Below, piece by piece: positions 61,185 through 64,000 of a DNA stretch of 64,000 nucleotides. The position numbers and the translations under genes were made by a program. The DNA is from an uncultured Nitrospiraceae bacterium (lineage in GTDB: Bacteria; Nitrospirota; Thermodesulfovibrionia; Thermodesulfovibrionales; SM23-35), in assembly GCA_963727775.1 (NCBI GenBank), contig CAVSHB010000001.1, positions 896,001-960,000 on the forward strand. The letters are read 5' to 3'. Numbering within the stretch: the first letter of the stretch is position 1; each line of letters opens with the position of its first letter. Below the pieces are notes generated by a model, which searched no databases, was not told the DNA's origin, and saw nothing but the letters and a program-made list of their open reading frames with translations.

Positions 61185-64000
61185 ATGGCATTTACACGTC
61201 GCGAATTTTTGGCTGGATCAGGCGCCCTTGTTGGAGGACTGGCGTTCTCATCTCTCGGGATTGACCTGAGTCCAGTACTGGCTTATGCCGAAGAAATGAA
61301 GAAGATCGACAAGGTGAAGAGCGCCAAACAGACCACGTCTATCTGTTGCTACTGCGCAGTTGGATGCGGGCTGATCGCCAGTACAGATACTAAAACAGGA
61401 AAGATCATCAATATCGAAGGTGATCCTGAACATCCCATCAACGAAGGTTCACTGTGCGCGAAAGGCGCCGGTGCTTATCAGACGACAGCTGCTAATGAAC
61501 ACCGTCTGACGAAGGTGCTTTATCGTGCACCGAAAAGCGACAAATGGCAGACCAAGAGCTGGGACTGGGCCATCACAGAGATCGCGAAAAGGATCAAAAA
61601 GACCCGCGATACAGGCTTCATTGCGAAGAACAGCAAAGGCGAGGTCGTCAATCGCATTGAAAACATTGCCCATATGGGAAGCTCGAACGTAGACAATGAG
61701 GAGTGCTGGCTCATCACCGCCATGGCCCGGTCACTCGGAATTGTTTATATTGATCATCAGGCCCGGGTTTGACACGCCCCCACCGTACCGGCTCTGGCAG
61801 AGTCGTTCGGCCGTGGCGCGATGACAAACCACTGGATAGATATTCAACACAGCGATGTCATACTCATTCAGGGCAGCAATGCTGCGGAAAATCATCCCAT
61901 CTCTTCAAATGGGTTATGAGAGCCAGGGAGAAAGGGGCCAAACTCATTCATGTCGACCCGCGCTTTACAAGAACTTCCTCAAAAGCAGATTTCTATGCCC
62001 CCTTACGTTCTGGTACTGACATTGCTTTTCTTGGCGGGATGATCAAATACATCATAGAAAACGAAAAATATTTCAAGGAATATGTTGTCAATTATACCAA
62101 TGCGCCGTTCCTGGTTAATGATAAGTTCGACTTCAATGACGGTCTTTTCTCCGGGTATGATCCCGGCACCAGGAAATATGACAAGTCAACATGGACGATA
62201 AAAAAGGACGCGAAAGGTATTGCTGAGAAAGATTTCACGTTGCAGAATCCACGTTGCGTTTTCCAGCTTTTGAAGAAACATTATTCCCGTTACGACGTGG
62301 AAACGGTCTCGAAGATTACGGGGACCCCTGTAAAAGACCTTCTCACGGTTTATGAAATGTACTCATCCACGGGCGTGCCCGATAAGGCCGGAACCGTCAT
62401 GTATGCCTTAGGGCAAACACAGCACACTTCAGCAGTTCAAAATATACGAACCCTTTGTATGGTTCAACTCCTGCTCGGAAACATCGGCATCTGCGGGGGC
62501 GGCGTGAACGCCATGCGCGGTGAACCGAACGTGCAGGGCTCAACAGACTTTGCCATATTGTCCGGTTACCTGCCAGGTTATCTTGCTGCACCCAGGGCGT
62601 CACTGCCTACCCTGGACGATTACGTCAAGAAAAATACCCCGAAAACCAGTGACCCACGCTCAGCCAACTGGTGGCAAAATTATCCCAAGTATGCCACCAG
62701 TCTTCTAAAGGCTTGGTATGGTGACAAGGCAAATAAGGAGAATGATTTCGGCTATTCATGGGTCCCCAAGCTCGATGACGGACAGGATGCCAACATCCTG
62801 ATGATGATTGACAGCATGTACGAAAAAAAGATCAAGGGGCTTATCTGCATCGCACAGGACCCTGCCTGCAGCCTGCCCAATGCCAACAAAGTACGCCAGG
62901 GTTTGGCCAACCTTGACTGGACTGTGCATGTGAATATCTTCAACAACGAAACAGCCTCTTTCTGGAAGGGGCCCGGCATGGACCCCAAGAAGGTCAAGAC
63001 AGAGGTCTTTCTACTTCCAGCTGCTGCATCCATAGAAAAGCAGGGAAGCCAGGCCAACAGCGGACGCTGGGTCCAGTGGAAATACGAAGGGCAAAGGCAC
63101 CGGGAGATTGCATCTATACCGGTGATATTGTAATCCGTCTCGTTGCAAAGCTTAAGGAGCTTTATAAGAAAGATAAGAAAGCCGCTTTCCCTGATCCGAT
63201 TATGAACCTCAAGTGGGATTATAACAACGATAAAGGCCGGTTTGATCCTGTGAAGGTAGCCAAGACTATCAATGGCTATTTTCTTGAAGATGTCACCATC
63301 GGCGACAAGACAGGCAAAAAAGGCGATTGCGTGCCATCCTTTGCGATGCTGCAGGCAGACGGCAAGACTTCATCCGGTTGCTGGATCAGCTGCGGATCAT
63401 TCAGCCAGGATGGTACAAACCTCATGCAACGCAGAAAAAAGGAGGACCCAACGGGTCTTGGCCTCTATCCGCAGCGGTCATGGGCATGGCCTGTTAACAG
63501 GCGCATTATCTATAATCGCGCTTCAGTGGACCTGAATGGAAAACCGTACAATCCCAAACGGCCTTTATTGGCCTGGGTGGACGGGAAATGGGTAGGTGAC
63601 GTTCCCGACGGCCCATGGCCTCCAATGAGCGATCTGGAAAAAGGTAAATACCCGTTCATCATGAAGCCGGACGGCGTTTCCTCACTCTTCGGCCCGGGAC
63701 CGGGAGATGGACCATTCCCCGAACATTATGAACCTCTGGAAGGCCCGATGGAGAAAAATCTGCTGTCATCCCAGCTGAAAAACCCTGTCATGAAGATCTT
63801 CTCAGGACCTTGCGATAAATTTTCCGGCTGCGACCCCAAGTACCCTTTTGTGATGACCACCTATTCCAGCACGGAACATTGGTGCACCGGCGCCCTTACC
63901 AGATGGCAGTCATGGCTTACTGAAGCGCAGCCTCAGGTATATGTGGAAATCAGTGAAGAACTGGCACAACCTAGAGGCATCAAGAACGGGGAAAAGGTTA
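61185..64000 (+). CDS. fdnG: Tat-exported formate dehydrogenase-N alpha subunit, selenoprotein; two apparent frameshifts; partial
   Basis: TRREFL, CCYCAVGC, HQARV-U-HAP (TGA 61770-61772), RGEPNVQG; frame changes near 61903 and 63090. Confidence 0.88.

Overview
Bacterial chromosomal window. Gene content (Sec-dependent formate dehydrogenases, tungstate transporter, rubredoxin/rubrerythrin) indicates an anaerobe; a Nitrospirota/Desulfobacterota-like host is an unverified impression. (1) 1-13200: tandem genomic islands, each ending in a 3' fragment of tRNA-Glu(CTC) (11115-11158, 13159-13200). The first is AT-rich and carries an origin-like repeat, a tightly coupled operon (C5 methyltransferase, HD hydrolase, P-loop ATPase, tandem CARF-like protein) that is the best candidate for an uncharacterised defence system, vsr, a type II R-M pair and a small tyrosine recombinase. 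(2) 13278-23116: redox genes, xseAB, a methyltransferase split by IS256, and an RpoD-like sigma factor. (3) 23124-32966: an integron with nine cassettes (five toxin-antitoxin), invaded by IS1380, IS630 and RAYT remnants. The middle of its integrase gene is replaced by a four-helix-bundle gene flanked by inverted 7-nt-periodic repeats. (4) 33068-50973: housekeeping genes (lepA, guaB, guaA, ispA, dxs, tlyA, polyamine genes), two HEPN/MNT pairs and a decayed efflux operon. (5) 51145-64000: c-di-AMP riboswitch with kimA, tupABC, LysR, and two divergent selenocysteine formate dehydrogenases. All family calls come from motif reading by eye; no searches were run.
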